Positions 19,521-29,988 of a stretch of DNA of 64,000 bases are shown piece after piece. The notes under the pieces were generated by a model, which saw nothing but the letters and a program-made list of their open reading frames with translations, did not search any database and was not told the DNA's origin. The translations under genes and the position numbers were made by a program. Origin of the DNA: a virus; the IMG/VR virus record IMGVR_UViG_3300029845_000007; one strand, given 5' to 3'. Every line of letters starts with the position of its first letter. Within the stretch, counting starts at the first letter, position 1.

Positions 19521-19904
19521 ATGGAAGAAAATAATAAAGTTGATGTTCTTAGTAAGAAACGTCCTACTGTCAATGAGTTAAAGACAGAAGTTATTCGTTT
19601 ACGCAAAGATTTGGATAAATCTAATGCTGGTCTTAATCATTACAAATATACTTATGAGAAAGTTTCTAGCGAACAAAAGAATCTTATTGATAAGTGTTCT
19701 AAACTTGTTACTAGTAATAACTTTTTAGAAGCTAATAACAAGACTCTTAAAAATAGCATTGCATCTCTTGAAATTAATTTAGCTAAAGCTAAGAAGGATT
19801 GTGAAGAACTTAAAGCTAAGAATCAGTATAATTCTTCTGCATTTGTTATTGCAGCTATTATTGCTCTTGGTGCTGTTATTACAATGATTTTACGTTTAGT
19901 ATAA
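19521..19904 (+). CDS. tail-anchored coiled-coil membrane protein
   Basis: 127 aa. Coiled coil followed by a C-terminal TM (SSAFVIAAIIALGAVITMILRLV). Confidence 0.45.
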   Translation: MEENNKVDVLSKKRPTVNELKTEVIRLRKDLDKSNAGLNHYKYTYEKVSSEQKNLIDKCSKLVTSNNFLEANNKTLKNSIASLEINLAKAKKDCEELKAKNQYNSSAFVIAAIIALGAVITMILRLV

Positions 19905-20018
19905 TTCCGATATATACTTAATTTAATTCATATCTGACAAAAGGGTTAAATAATGTCGGTTCACTCTATTAAGATTATTCAGGTCGTGAGACTAGAGTAA
20001 TATTAGTAGAGTTTTTTA

Positions 20019-20570
20019 TTGTATAATTTAAAACTTACTATAATGAAAGAGATTATTAAAGCAATTATTGCTGCTAGTATGGGTTCTGATATTATTGATA
20101 AAGCTAAGAAAGAATTTCATAAACGCTTTATTAATGGAGAACTTAATAAAGAACTTATTAAAGATATTGAATCTATTAATGTGAAATCATTAAATCAACT
20201 TCTTGAAGATATTCTTGACGGTGAATATTCTATTGAAGATAAGGTTAAAGCTGTTGAACAATGGGATAGCATTATACTTCCTTATATCAAATATATTAGT
20301 GATATGAGAGATAGTGCTAAAGAATCTTATGATAAACTTCTTGCTAAATATGAAGCTAGTAAAGCTCCGATTTATTCTGTATTCTATTGTTCTGAAAATC
20401 ATCTTGTATTCTTAGACAAGAATGATAAGCTAAGAAAGTCTTTTAATGGTAATGCTAAAACTCTTTACTCTGGTAATAGTAAAGATGAAGCTCGTAGAAT
20501 ATGTGAATCATTTCTTAAGGATTGTCCTGATTTTTATTGTGTAGATTATACAAAGATATACAATAAGTAA
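20019..20570 (+). CDS. hypothetical protein (alternative start at 20043)
   Basis: 183-aa ORF with no recognisable motif. Confidence 0.45.
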   Translation: MYNLKLTIMKEIIKAIIAASMGSDIIDKAKKEFHKRFINGELNKELIKDIESINVKSLNQLLEDILDGEYSIEDKVKAVEQWDSIILPYIKYISDMRDSAKESYDKLLAKYEASKAPIYSVFYCSENHLVFLDKNDKLRKSFNGNAKTLYSGNSKDEARRICESFLKDCPDFYCVDYTKIYNK

Positions 20571-20938
20571 TTTGCCAATTTTGTTTGTCTGTTTTAGTTA
20601 AACTAAAATTAAATTTTGTCGTATTGTAGTTTTATATCTGTTGTTTGTGAAGATAGTAGATATAGGTTTTATGGAATTCTAATAGTACTGTTCGTGAGAA
20701 TCGTGCTATTTCTTATGATAGCTCTGATGATGACTAATCTAAGTTGAAACATTAACCAAATGGTTGAAGTAAGGGAAATCCTCTTCATAAAATGTCAGCT
20801 ATAAATACATAGTATTGTGTTTAACATACAAGTTGCATTTACTGTCGTGAGACAGAAAAACTTTATTTGTCTTTTAATTTTTACCCCTAATTAAATTACT
20901 GTCGTGAGATAGAATTAGGTGTCAATAGTTTAATGGTA

Positions 20939-20963
20939 GGAGAGGAAGCGTCCTCTCCTTTTT
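20939..20963 (+). terminator. rho-independent terminator GGAGAGGA-agcg-TCCTCTCC-TTTTT
   Basis: Perfect 8-bp GC-rich stem, 4-nt loop and T5 tract, read directly from the sequence. Confidence 0.7.
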
Positions 20964-20996
20964 AATTGATTATTAACTAAAAACTAATATACCGAC

Positions 20997-21317
20997 ATGG
21001 ATAAGAAAGAATTTACTAAATTGTTTAAAGAGTTACAGAAGATACAACTTAGTCTATTGTATAGTACTAAACTCTCTAGTGACCTTTATACTAATTGCAA
21101 TCTTAATAATACTTCTTATATTAGTATGTATCTATTTGTTCTTGATATTAATAGAAATATTGATGAAACACATAGTTACAATCTTTATAGCAATGATAGT
21201 ATTGATAAGAATAGAGCTGTTGTAAATGAAATTAAGCAAAAGGTTAAACAATTCACAACTCCTTTAAGGGGGAATAAAGCGAAGCGAAGCGGAGCGTCAG
21301 ATACTCCAATTAAGTAA
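20997..21317 (+). CDS. hypothetical protein
   Basis: 106 aa. The 3' end contains a motif copy plus a GC-box (encodes TPLRGNKAKRSGAS). Confidence 0.4.
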   Translation: MDKKEFTKLFKELQKIQLSLLYSTKLSSDLYTNCNLNNTSYISMYLFVLDINRNIDETHSYNLYSNDSIDKNRAVVNEIKQKVKQFTTPLRGNKAKRSGASDTPIK

Positions 21318-21404
21318 TAACTAAATACTAAACGTAAATGATTAAGAAGAAAATTAAATTTGGAAAAAGTGAGAAAAGTTACAAATTAGTAGCTTTTACT
21401 CTTA

Positions 21405-21779
21405 ATGTACTTGAAAGTATTAGTGTTAAACTTGTTAGAATGGAAGAAAGGAGACGTATTCCTAGTTATGCCGAAATTAAACGAGTTTAAACAAGATAAT
21501 GGTAAGCTCATTGTCACGACTGGTAAATGTCTAGTCTGTGGTGATGAGCTTCTTGTGTTTGGTACAGATGATATTTATATCTGTCCTAAGTGTAAAGAAA
21601 TATTAGATGCTGATAATTGTCTAGTTCTTGAAACAATGTTTGTTGAAGATGATAGAATAGTTACTGCAAGAAATTGTATTGTTCCTAAAGAACAAATGCA
21701 TACTAATGTTCCTATTATTTGTATGCCTTCTGATGAGTTTAATAAGTTATACGAAATATATAAAACTAAAGCTAATTAA
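21405..21779 (+). CDS. zinc-ribbon protein
   Basis: CLVCGD...x16...CPKCKE (two CxxC pairs). Confidence 0.45.
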   Translation: MYLKVLVLNLLEWKKGDVFLVMPKLNEFKQDNGKLIVTTGKCLVCGDELLVFGTDDIYICPKCKEILDADNCLVLETMFVEDDRIVTARNCIVPKEQMHTNVPIICMPSDEFNKLYEIYKTKAN

Positions 21780-21780
21780 T

Positions 21781-22032
21781 ATGATTGTAGATTTAAAACA
21801 ATGTGTTAATCCTGATAGTACTTTTGATGTATATTTTGAAGGACTTAAAGCTGTTATTTCTCATGATTTATGTGTTAATACTTATTATTGTATTATCGTA
21901 GATGTTCATAGTGATAGATGTTGTGAAATTACTCCATTACCTAGAATTATGAATACTGATAAATATAAGATATTCCCCCGTAAAGGAATGTGTTGCGTAC
22001 AGTATAGTGTTAACCAAATAGTCAAACCTTAA
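21781..22032 (+). CDS. hypothetical protein (start moved to ATG 21781; the track ORF 21679 overlaps the upstream gene by 100 nt)
   Basis: MIVDLKQCVNPD... begins immediately after the previous stop. Confidence 0.35.
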   Translation: MIVDLKQCVNPDSTFDVYFEGLKAVISHDLCVNTYYCIIVDVHSDRCCEITPLPRIMNTDKYKIFPRKGMCCVQYSVNQIVKP

Positions 22033-22036
22033 TATT

Positions 22037-22402
22037 ATGGGATTAAGTTTCAAACTATCAGCGGTAAATGAGGAACAGAAAATTCCTCGTGAGAAAGTAA
22101 TAATGCAGATTGTTACTGGAACTATCGTTCTACATGATAACATGTATAAGTTTAAACCTAAAGATAGTGATGAATTTATTACGTTATCTGAACGTTCGTA
22201 CTCATGTAAAGGTTTTAAGACAATATATACTCGTGCATTAGATAATTATGGTAGACCTACTAAAATTGTTAGATGTACTGATGCTTATTGTGTTATGCCT
22301 AGCTGTTATATTCCATTTAAGATAGGATTACCTGTTAAGGGTTATATACTTAAATGTCGTGATAATATTGATAGATTCTTACTAAAATGCAATGAATTTT
22401 GA
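22037..22402 (+). CDS. hypothetical protein
   Basis: 121-aa ORF. Confidence 0.4.
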   Translation: MGLSFKLSAVNEEQKIPREKVIMQIVTGTIVLHDNMYKFKPKDSDEFITLSERSYSCKGFKTIYTRALDNYGRPTKIVRCTDAYCVMPSCYIPFKIGLPVKGYILKCRDNIDRFLLKCNEF

Positions 22403-25015
22403 AAAGTTTGATGATGCTAAGAAAGACGATAAAGTCTTAAATAGTTTTACTCGTGACCAAAAGATTGCTTATGAAAACCTAGTAGCTTTTATTGAGAAAG
22501 GTTATGTTGCAGGTGATTATAAACGTGCTCTTATTGGCTCGGCAGGTACAGGAAAAACATATATGATACGTGAAGTAATTAGACGATGCGGATTATCTAA
22601 ATCCGTTATTGGTCTTGCAGCTCCTACACATAAAGCTGCTCGTGTACTTCGTGCATCTACTGGATATTCTACGTCTACTGTGGCTAGTGATTTAGGTTTA
22701 AGACTTAATACTGATGTTACTGATTTTGATATTAATAATCCTCCTTTTGACCCATTAGCTGAAAAGAAGATTAAGCAATATAAGTTATATATTGTTGATG
22801 AAGCGTCTATGATTGGTATTAATCTTAAAACTCTTATAGAAAGAGAATGTGAACAGTTTGGTTGTATGCTTATTTATATGGGTAAATAGTTATTGCCCAG
22901 TTTAAACTCTTCTAATTGCTGGAAACTCGTGAAGGTAATAGTACTACAACATAAGTTGAAAAACTAAGTGTGAATGTTAGAAAAACTATTATTATATGAC
23001 AATCAGCAGCGAAGTCTCTAAATTATGTTCATTTACATAATAAGAGAAACGTTCATCGACTATCCCGTAAGGGAGTACAATTCTATGGAATTGGAAACGG
23101 AGAGAGTTGTATATTTGCAATTTACTCCTTATATTTACATAAATTTTTAAAATGTAAATATTATGAGCAAAAAAGAAACTCCAAAAATGTATGGTTTAGA
23201 ACATAAGTTAAATTCTAAGTGTGTTTATATTCATTTTATTAAATCTATTAATATTCCTATTTATATAGGAGAAGGAAATGTACAAAGAGCTTTTGATTTT
23301 ACTAATAGAAATAATAAATGGAAAGAACTAGTTAGCAATCTTAATGATGTTCATGTTGAAATAGTTGCTATTGATATTAATAAAGAAGAATGTGTAGAAA
23401 TAGAAAAGCAGCTAATAAAACTATATAAAGAAAGAGGATTTGAACTTGTTAATTGTAATAATGGAGGTAGTTGTATAGGAACTTTTGGAGAAGATAATTA
23501 TTTTTATAATAAACATTTGTTTGGTAAAGACAATGGTAATTATGGAAATAAATATTCTAAAAATCCTTTATCCATTGAAGTTATTCAGTTAGATATATTT
23601 GGAAATATTATTAAGAAGTGGAGTTCTGCACAAGAAGCAGAAGAAATAGGTGGATATATTGCTAGTTGTATTAATAGTTGTTGTAATGGTAAACGTCAAC
23701 TACACAATAATTATCAATGGATATTTGCTTATAATTATAATCCTAATAAATCTTATGAATATATTCCTAAAGGAACTTCTATGAGAATTTATTTAGCTAT
23801 TGGTATAAGAGATAATAAATCTTATATTCATGGTATATATAATTCTAGTAATGAACTTACTAATGAAGGATTTAATCCTAAACTAGTTCAACAAGTTGTT
23901 ACTGGTTATAAAAAGTCTCATAAAGGTTTTGCTTTTGTTGATTTCTTTAGATTAACTAAAGACCAACAAGAAAAATATAAAGAACAAGTTATTGCAAAAT
24001 TATATAGCTAAGATATAGTCAGACTATTATAGAAATATAGTAGGTTATGGATAACTATCAACTTCAACCAGTTAAAGAATCTCGTTCACGTTGTTTTGAT
24101 AATGTTAAGTTTTATACTCTTAGACAGATTGTTAGACAAGAAGAAGATAATCCTGTTAGTGAGTTATTAAAGATACTAAGAAAAGATATTGATAATAGGA
24201 GTTGGAAATTCCTAGAATATATCAATAAAAACAGATATGCTTTCGATTCAACTCAAACTAAAGGATATTATACTTGTGGTGCATACGAGTTTCAATCTCT
24301 TGTAATAGACGGATTTTATAATGAAGAGTTTACTAGAGATGTTGATACTTGTCGATTAATAACTTATACTAATAAATCTGTATCTGAATGGAATAAATTT
24401 ATTCGTAACAATATCATCGAAGGTAGTGATAAAGCAATTCTAACTCGTAATGATTTAGTAATGTCTTATAATACTTTTGTTGATGAGTTTAAAGATACTA
24501 TTATTGTAAATTCTGAAGATTATATAATACATGATATTAAGAATTTTACTAATAAAGATGAAATCTTTGGATTCAATGTTACGTTCATTCAAGTTAATGG
24601 TGGTAATAGAACTAAACCTTTATTTGTAGTAGACCATTCTAATTTAAATAATGTTATGCTTTATTATAAGTTAGGTGAAACTTATATTCAAAATGCAATT
24701 AATGCAGAGAAATATAATAGAAGTAAGCGTTGGAAGGAATACTATGACTTTAGAGAGAGGAACTTGTTACTAGTTAACTTATTAGATAGGTCTACTGGTA
24801 AGATTAAGTTTAGTCGTGACTTAGATTATGGATTTGCTCTTACAGCTAATAAAGCTCAAGGAAGTACTTATTTTGATGTATATGTAGATATAAATGATAT
24901 TGTATTTGATATGCGTACTGGTAATCCGTGGGGAAATATAGATGAAACTCTTCGTAGATTATATACTGCTTGTAGTAGATGCAAAAATCGTTTATATTTG
25001 TGTTACGGTAAATAA
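22392..25015 (+). CDS. Dda/RecD-like SF1B DNA helicase, interrupted by a group I intron (exon 1 22392-22883, exon 2 24050-25015; spliced product about 486 aa)
   Basis: Exon 1 has Walker A GSAGTGKT and Walker B LYIVDEASM and ends ...LIYMG. Exon 2 begins DNYQLQPV. Joined in frame they give LIYMGDNYQLQPV, the canonical motif III (GDxxQLxPV). Downstream motifs YTLRQIVRQ (IV) and TANKAQGST (V) are present. Confidence 0.75.
22884..24049 (+). mobile_element. group I self-splicing intron (1166 nt) with a GIY-YIG homing endonuclease ORF in a peripheral loop (P8 position)
   Basis: The 5' exon ends in U (GGU). An IGS-like GCCCA at 22895-22899 can pair with the exon UGGGU to form P1. A P-like box AATTGCTGGAAAC lies at 22914-22926. 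R element GACTA is at 23058-23062. S element AAGATATAGTC (exact consensus) is at 24010-24020. The terminal G at 24049 precedes exon 2. Confidence 0.75.
23163..24011 (+). CDS. GIY-YIG homing endonuclease (intron-encoded)
   Basis: N-terminal VYIHFIKSINIPIYIGEGNVQRAFDF is a GIY-x10-YIG module with the following Arg. The C-terminal half has NUMOD-like Gly/Lys-rich DNA-binding repeats (NGNYGNKYS, CCNGKRQLH). Its stop codon overlaps the intron S element. Confidence 0.8.
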   Translation: MSKKETPKMYGLEHKLNSKCVYIHFIKSINIPIYIGEGNVQRAFDFTNRNNKWKELVSNLNDVHVEIVAIDINKEECVEIEKQLIKLYKERGFELVNCNNGGSCIGTFGEDNYFYNKHLFGKDNGNYGNKYSKNPLSIEVIQLDIFGNIIKKWSSAQEAEEIGGYIASCINSCCNGKRQLHNNYQWIFAYNYNPNKSYEYIPKGTSMRIYLAIGIRDNKSYIHGIYNSSNELTNEGFNPKLVQQVVTGYKKSHKGFAFVDFFRLTKDQQEKYKEQVIAKLYS

Positions 25016-25028
25016 AAAGTATAAGTAT

Positions 25029-27299
25029 ATGAGTTCTATGTGTTATGATGTCGAAGTAACTAGAAATTACTTCTCGGTAGTATTTGTTGATTTACGTAGT
25101 TATCTTAAAACATTTTCTGATTGTGTTGATAATGAGGGAAAAGCTATTCCTATTATTGATAAACTTAGTGTTACAGAGATAAAGAAACGTTTAGAAACAA
25201 TACCTAAGAAACGTTTTGTTTTATATGAAGATGATGATAGTGATTTATTTAATCTATTATATTGGTTAATACAGAAGGCAGATTACTTCGGTTATAATAA
25301 TCGTAAGTACGACCGCTTAATGTTAAGTGCATTATTAATGTATTATAATCAATTTGATAAACCTAGTAAACTTATTACATTTCTATATGAAACATCACAG
25401 AGAGTTATTCGTAATTCTAATAATGATACTCTTTGGACTGATAACTTCACTTCTCTTATACTGCGTAATAACGTGGCATTTCGAGACTTGGATTTATTCC
25501 AAATATTTAGGCTAGACCATTTTCATAAAAGTCTCAAACAGACTTCTATTAATATTAAATGGTATAATCTGAAAGAGTATACTATGCCACCTATTGGTGA
25601 CTTAGATAGACATTATTACCATGAGCGACTTCCCGAAGCTAAAAGCATGACAGATAGAGAACTTAATATCCATTATCGTAATGTGTTTGAAAGATTTATA
25701 CCTAAAGAATATCTTCAAGAAATGGCTGATTATAATGACAATGATGTTTATATTGTTGCCGAACTAATTAGAATGAATCAAGAAGAAGTTCTTCTAAGGT
25801 ATCGTATTAGTGAAGAATATAAGGTAGATGTATTCTCTGCAAGTAGAAGTACGATAGCTGATAAAGTTATTGTTAAGCTATATAGTAAGTTTACTGGTCT
25901 GCATCCTAAAGCCTTCATTGATACTAAGACAATACGTAGGAAAATCGTAGTTTCCGAAATTTTGTCAGATAAAATCGCATTTTCCACGCCTGAATTGAAC
26001 GATATTTTGTCAGACATACGTTCGCTAACCCTACGTGGGGAAAAGAGCGAATTTGACAGGGAATTTACCTTCATGGGCACGTCATACACTATCGCAACAG
26101 GAGGTTTACACTCAAACGAGATTCCGAACATTTATCGTAGTTCTGCTGATTATTCAGGTGCTACTGATATTACTATTGGTAATCCTTATGATAGTAATGG
26201 CAATATTGGAGTTAGTACTTCTGATATATATATTTGTGATTTTGATATTAATTCAATGTATCCTAATATTATTAGAAGTCTTAAAGTATGTCAGAAACAT
26301 CTACTTCCTAAGGCATGGTTTCGTATAGCTGATACTATTGTCGATGAACGACTAGAACATAAACATTTATCCAAAGATAAATCTCTTGATAGTAAAGAGA
26401 GAGATAAACATGCTACTGCTGCTGCTTGTCTAAAGATTGTAGCAAATGCTGGTATATTTGGTAAAATGGGTAGTGAACAATCTTTCTTGTGTGATAAGAA
26501 AGCAATGTATCAAGTTACTATTAATGGGCAATTATTTCTACTAATGTTAATAGAGAAACTTGAACTTGCAGGCATTCATATAATAAGTGCTAATACTGAC
26601 GGTATTGTTTCTATAATACCAAAAAATAAGTTTGAATTATATTGTAATATTTGTCACGAATGGGAGAAAGTAGTTGGATTGACAGGTGAATTTACTCCAT
26701 ATACTAAGTATGTTACAGAAGGAGTAAATAGTTATCTTACTGTAAAACCTAATAATGGTAGAAAATTCAAAGGTAGAATGAATCCTAAGATGTTCTTAGA
26801 GGATTTATCTAAAGGATATAATTCTCCTATTGTAGCTAAATGTGTTACTGAATACTTTATTAACGGTACTCCTGTTATGGAAACTCTTCGTAATGCTAAA
26901 TCTATTCTTGATTTCTGTCGTACTCAAAATGTTAATCATAAGTATAGACTAGAGTTTACTCACGTTGTAGACGGAAAGATAAGAACAGATGTGGTGCAGA
27001 GGAATACAAGGTTTTACATCTCCTCTACGGGGGGAACCCTCATGAAGGTTGAGAGTATAGGCTGGAACGATAATGGTGAAGAACAAGTTAAAAAGAGTTC
27101 TTTATGTGCAGGTCAACGTGTTTCTATATGTAATACTGTTGATGATACTGATATATCTGAACTAAATGTTAATTACTTATATTATTATAATGAAGCTATG
27201 GCTATTATTGAACCAATAGAGCAAAGTCGTAATAATAAAGGTAAAGGTAAACGTTTAGTTAAGAAATACTATGGAATGAGAAATACTTTGTTTGATTGA
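25029..27299 (+). CDS. family-B DNA polymerase (start at ATG 25029; the track ORF start 24942 overlaps the helicase)
   Basis: Exo I YDVEVT (DxE) near the N-terminus. Motif A DFDINSMYPNII (Dx2SLYPS). Motif B-like KIVANAGIFGKMG. Motif C ISANTDGIV. Confidence 0.8.
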   Translation: MSSMCYDVEVTRNYFSVVFVDLRSYLKTFSDCVDNEGKAIPIIDKLSVTEIKKRLETIPKKRFVLYEDDDSDLFNLLYWLIQKADYFGYNNRKYDRLMLSALLMYYNQFDKPSKLITFLYETSQRVIRNSNNDTLWTDNFTSLILRNNVAFRDLDLFQIFRLDHFHKSLKQTSINIKWYNLKEYTMPPIGDLDRHYYHERLPEAKSMTDRELNIHYRNVFERFIPKEYLQEMADYNDNDVYIVAELIRMNQEEVLLRYRISEEYKVDVFSASRSTIADKVIVKLYSKFTGLHPKAFIDTKTIRRKIVVSEILSDKIAFSTPELNDILSDIRSLTLRGEKSEFDREFTFMGTSYTIATGGLHSNEIPNIYRSSADYSGATDITIGNPYDSNGNIGVSTSDIYICDFDINSMYPNIIRSLKVCQKHLLPKAWFRIADTIVDERLEHKHLSKDKSLDSKERDKHATAAACLKIVANAGIFGKMGSEQSFLCDKKAMYQVTINGQLFLLMLIEKLELAGIHIISANTDGIVSIIPKNKFELYCNICHEWEKVVGLTGEFTPYTKYVTEGVNSYLTVKPNNGRKFKGRMNPKMFLEDLSKGYNSPIVAKCVTEYFINGTPVMETLRNAKSILDFCRTQNVNHKYRLEFTHVVDGKIRTDVVQRNTRFYISSTGGTLMKVESIGWNDNGEEQVKKSSLCAGQRVSICNTVDDTDISELNVNYLYYYNEAMAIIEPIEQSRNNKGKGKRLVKKYYGMRNTLFD

Positions 27300-27537
27300 T
27301 AAAATGGATATAGAAAAGATATGTATAGCTAATCTTGGAAAAGAGATTATGTATGGTAGACTTAAAGGAATGATAGTAGGTTATGATACTATATTAAAAT
27401 ATTTAATCATTTCTTTTACTAATAACTATGGTTGGAACTTTTTAATAGATAATAGTGTTATTCTATTAAATAGTCCTCTTAATCATAGTTATGTTCTTAT
27501 TAATCCTGAATATTATAAAGGACAACTTGTCTTATGA
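27292..27537 (+). CDS. hypothetical small protein
   Basis: 81-aa ORF, translationally coupled on both sides. Confidence 0.35.
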   Translation: MIDKMDIEKICIANLGKEIMYGRLKGMIVGYDTILKYLIISFTNNYGWNFLIDNSVILLNSPLNHSYVLINPEYYKGQLVL

Positions 27538-29000
27538 ATGATGTAACTGATATTTATAATGAAGCTGCTAATAAATGGTCTGATAACAAAGGTGTGGGTA
27601 GTGTTATTCTATCCGAACCACTAAGTGTAATGAACTTTGTTACAATGGTGTTAGATAAAATGGTAGCTAAAACTCCTGATTTAACGTCTCTTATTATAAC
27701 AGAGACAATGGAAGATAGAGCTAACATTACTTATTATCTTGACAACACTTCTGAACTAAAGGACATTCATAAACAATTAATTACTGATAAGAAATGTCTT
27801 ATACTTACTCGTGAATATGTAGAGCGTTCTCCATATAAACCTAGTCCTAGTAGTCATAAAGATGTTCTTATTACTATTAATGTTAAGAAGTTCCGAAAGA
27901 TTGCAGAGAAGTATAATGGTAATTACTTTAAGTTTAAACTACTTGCTACTAATGCTATTGATAGTGTTGCTGATAATGCTGTACTTATGTATAAGTATGC
28001 ACCTAAAGTATATGAAATTAATTATGCTCACTTAATCAATCGTTCTATTCATTCCCCCATAAAGGAGTACCAAAAAGGTGTTGTCCTAACTGATGCTGAT
28101 AGAATCTATTACGATAGATGTAGCCAATATATTAATGAAAGTGTTACTATATTTGGTAGTTTCGATAAGTTAGAAGAATGTCGTACTGGTAATCCTAGAC
28201 TAAATATTGCAGCTGAAACTTGTAGATTGCAAGTAGCGGAAAGTAATGGTTGGTCAGCTAAAATGGATATGACTGATGCTATGTGTCGTAAGATAGATGA
28301 ACTATATAATCCTAGTTCTTTAATTGAGAGAGTTAATCAAACTTATAACATTATCAGAGAAAGAACTAAGATAGTAACTGATAATATTGTTAAGTTAGAT
28401 GCTATACTTGATATAGTTAAGGAAAATATAGGCAAGAGAATACTAATTATTTCAAAGAATGGAGTATTTGCCAGTAAAGTAACAGAATATCTAAATGCTA
28501 ATATAAAGTATGAGGGTAAATCTATTATGACTAATGGTGAGATATTCCAAACTGGAATAAGTATATTACAGTATGATTATTGCGGAAACTATCATAACGA
28601 TATGGAAGGAATACAGGCTTATGACAAAAACGGAAAACCTAAAGTATATAAATCAGGAGCTAAAGTCGGACAGCCTGTAATCATAAAAGCTCAAGCCCAA
28701 AGAACGCGAAATTTGGAACTGTTTAATGACGACTATATGAAAGTATTGTCGGCAAATAATTCTATTGATACGAGCTTTAAAGGAGTTGTAGACGTTGTAA
28801 TTTTCACGTCACCTCTTTGTAGCTCCATACGAGACTTAAAATATCGAATACCTAATCTATCTTTTAGTTCTGTACCTAACATTATATATAAGATATATTG
28901 TCGAGGTACGAACGAAGAGAAGAAGTTAATAGAGACGAAAGGAGGAAAAGACTATGAAATAGTTAAAGATAGTGAAATTGATTTCATAATAGGAGAATAA
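27534..29000 (+). CDS. hypothetical replication-module protein (possible degenerate helicase-like fold)
   Basis: 488 aa. No P-loop found by eye. Weak helicase-like blocks (LIITETMEDR, ILIISKNGVF). Sits in the replication module. Confidence 0.35.
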   Translation: MNDVTDIYNEAANKWSDNKGVGSVILSEPLSVMNFVTMVLDKMVAKTPDLTSLIITETMEDRANITYYLDNTSELKDIHKQLITDKKCLILTREYVERSPYKPSPSSHKDVLITINVKKFRKIAEKYNGNYFKFKLLATNAIDSVADNAVLMYKYAPKVYEINYAHLINRSIHSPIKEYQKGVVLTDADRIYYDRCSQYINESVTIFGSFDKLEECRTGNPRLNIAAETCRLQVAESNGWSAKMDMTDAMCRKIDELYNPSSLIERVNQTYNIIRERTKIVTDNIVKLDAILDIVKENIGKRILIISKNGVFASKVTEYLNANIKYEGKSIMTNGEIFQTGISILQYDYCGNYHNDMEGIQAYDKNGKPKVYKSGAKVGQPVIIKAQAQRTRNLELFNDDYMKVLSANNSIDTSFKGVVDVVIFTSPLCSSIRDLKYRIPNLSFSSVPNIIYKIYCRGTNEEKKLIETKGGKDYEIVKDSEIDFIIGE

Positions 29001-29073
29001 TCGATGCTAGTCTTTGGAGTTAACAGAGAAATTAGTATCTTTGTAGAGTAATCAATAAGCGACCTTTGAAATA

Positions 29074-29988
29074 ATGGAAGAAGTAAAGACAGAGAATGAG
29101 AGAACTCTAGCTAAGACAGAACCAAAAGCAAAACCGAATAATAATAGTATGGTTATGGCTTCTGCTCTTAATACCCTAGACATTTACAATCCCGATGATA
29201 GGAGTAAGTTAGAGTTGTATCTGAAATCAGTAATGTCTAGTGATAAGTGCGGTATTAAGACTATTCAAGACGGTCTTGCAATATATAGCCGTGCTAAAGA
29301 GTTAGGTTTACCGTTTACTAGTTGTATTGAACATCTAGGAGTTATTAATGGTAAAACTACATTAGACGTTCACTTAATCAAAGCATTATTATTGAAGGCA
29401 GCTATAACATGGGAGTGCACAAAAGATTATATAGCTCTGTATGAATATACAGACGGTAATAATGTTTATATAGATAGTAAGATACCTGACTATTGTAGGC
29501 GATTCAAAAGCAAGAGAGAAGCTGATGAATTTAATGCTAGTGCTGATAATGACGAAATTGGTATTTATCCAGTTAGAAATTATCAAGATTATAACGGTAC
29601 AATCTACAAGGAATATCAGTTGAATAATAAGTTTGGTGTTGCAGCTAATCAACAACAAGCTAAAGATATTGCAGCGAAAGGATTAGTTCCAATATTCCGA
29701 ATACCTAATGTTCCTTGTGATTATATTACTGAATATAAACTTACTCGTATAGTAGATAATAGAGTTATTACTAGTATTGGTCATTTTAGTTATAGCGACG
29801 CTGTAACTGCTGGACTTGCTAGTAAAGATACTTATACTAAGTATATGAGAACACTTATCGGTCATAGAGCTTTTACGCTTGCAGCTCGTGATATAGCGGC
29901 TGATGTCATACTTGGTTGTATGGAAACAACAGAAGCTAAGATAGTGAACAATATGAGTATTGATGATGCTGATATTGTAGAGATTTGA
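29074..29988 (+). CDS. hypothetical protein
   Basis: 304-aa ORF with no recognisable motif. Confidence 0.45.
   Translation: MEEVKTENERTLAKTEPKAKPNNNSMVMASALNTLDIYNPDDRSKLELYLKSVMSSDKCGIKTIQDGLAIYSRAKELGLPFTSCIEHLGVINGKTTLDVHLIKALLLKAAITWECTKDYIALYEYTDGNNVYIDSKIPDYCRRFKSKREADEFNASADNDEIGIYPVRNYQDYNGTIYKEYQLNNKFGVAANQQQAKDIAAKGLVPIFRIPNVPCDYITEYKLTRIVDNRVITSIGHFSYSDAVTAGLASKDTYTKYMRTLIGHRAFTLAARDIAADVILGCMETTEAKIVNNMSIDDADIVEI

Noticed and set aside
24047-24049. ATG at 24047 as an independent start for a separately translated C-terminal helicase fragment
   Set aside because: The intron R/S/P elements, the terminal G at 24049 and the exact in-frame restoration of motif III (LIYMG|DNYQLQPV) make splicing far more parsimonious. 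The split-gene alternative is stated in the refutation criteria.
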